Assembly: GCA_038042445.1 (NCBI GenBank)
Contig: JBBTED010000081.1
Coordinates: 1-57,964 of the forward strand
DNA: 57,964 nucleotides
Direction: 5' to 3'
From: Candidatus Firestoneibacteriota bacterium
GTDB taxonomy: Bacteria; Oederibacteriota; D2-FULL-39-29; JBBTED01
Part shown: piece by piece, positions 57,592-57,964 of the stretch
How the letters are laid out: each line of letters opens with the position of its first letter
How positions within the stretch are numbered: the first letter of the stretch is position 1
Notes under the pieces: generated by a model
Database searches by the model: none
Seen by the model: the letters and a program-made list of their open reading frames with translations, nothing else
Told to the model about the DNA's origin: nothing
Position numbers and translations under genes: made by a program

Positions 57592-57964
57592 TACTGTTCC
57601 TGTTTTTTTTGGGCTTATTCTTGATTTAATATTTGGTGACCCTCATTATTTTTTTCATCCTGTCCGAATAATTGGTTGGTTTATATATAAGCTTGAAATA
57701 TTTTTGCGAAAAATATTTCCTGAAACTTTTGCTTGGGAAAAATTGGCAGGCACACTACTTGCTTTAATAATTGTTGGAGGAACATTTGTATTAACATCGG
57801 TAGTATTAAATATATTTTTAAGTATAAATTATCTATTTGCAATAATTTTATCTTCTGTAATGGTTTATATAGGTATTTCAGTTAAAGATATGAAAGTTTC
57901 TGCAATGCGGATTTATAATGCTTTATTAAACTCTGATATTGAAAAAGCCCGTATTGAAACAGCT
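57581..57964 (+). CDS. cbiB: Adenosylcobinamide-phosphate synthase CbiB, 3' end outside window (not in ORF track)
   Basis: MWFDTVPVFFGLILDLIFGDPHYFFHPVRIIG (GDP...HPV); follows cobD. Confidence 0.88.
   Translation, partial: MWFDTVPVFFGLILDLIFGDPHYFFHPVRIIGWFIYKLEIFLRKIFPETFAWEKLAGTLLALIIVGGTFVLTSVVLNIFLSINYLFAIILSSVMVYIGISVKDMKVSAMRIYNALLNSDIEKARIETA

Overview
AT-rich bacterial chromosomal window from an anaerobe; no rRNA, tRNA or CRISPR seen. 1-21.8 kb: carbohydrate-degradation genes (GH57-like hydrolase cut by the window edge, a secreted beta-helix/LamG protein, three copies of an unnamed CBM-like domain, a sulfatase, a GH42-like enzyme, a GntR-solute-binding fusion) interrupted by a complete hdrCBA-flxDCBA electron-bifurcation operon that ends in an uncalled 49-aa twin CCxxCx5C protein. 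22-33.5 kb: AraC-controlled sugar catabolic cluster with two matching 21-bp-period operators. 37-48 kb: diverged tandem duplication (hrb-ogg-[different cargo]-rimP-nusA) joined at a nusA'/hrb' junction, with an Rrf2-led redox/Fe-S operon in one copy. Then rimP-nusA-infB-rbfA-nrnA-ribF, a dif-like site, an MTase plus MutH/Sau3AI-like nuclease, two toxin-antitoxin pairs, and cobD-cbiB. The most striking signal is at least seven families of REP/REPIN-like palindromes. Some sit in frame inside infB, cobD and probably an HD gene, and some supply stop codons. All calls are by eye from motifs; no searches were run.
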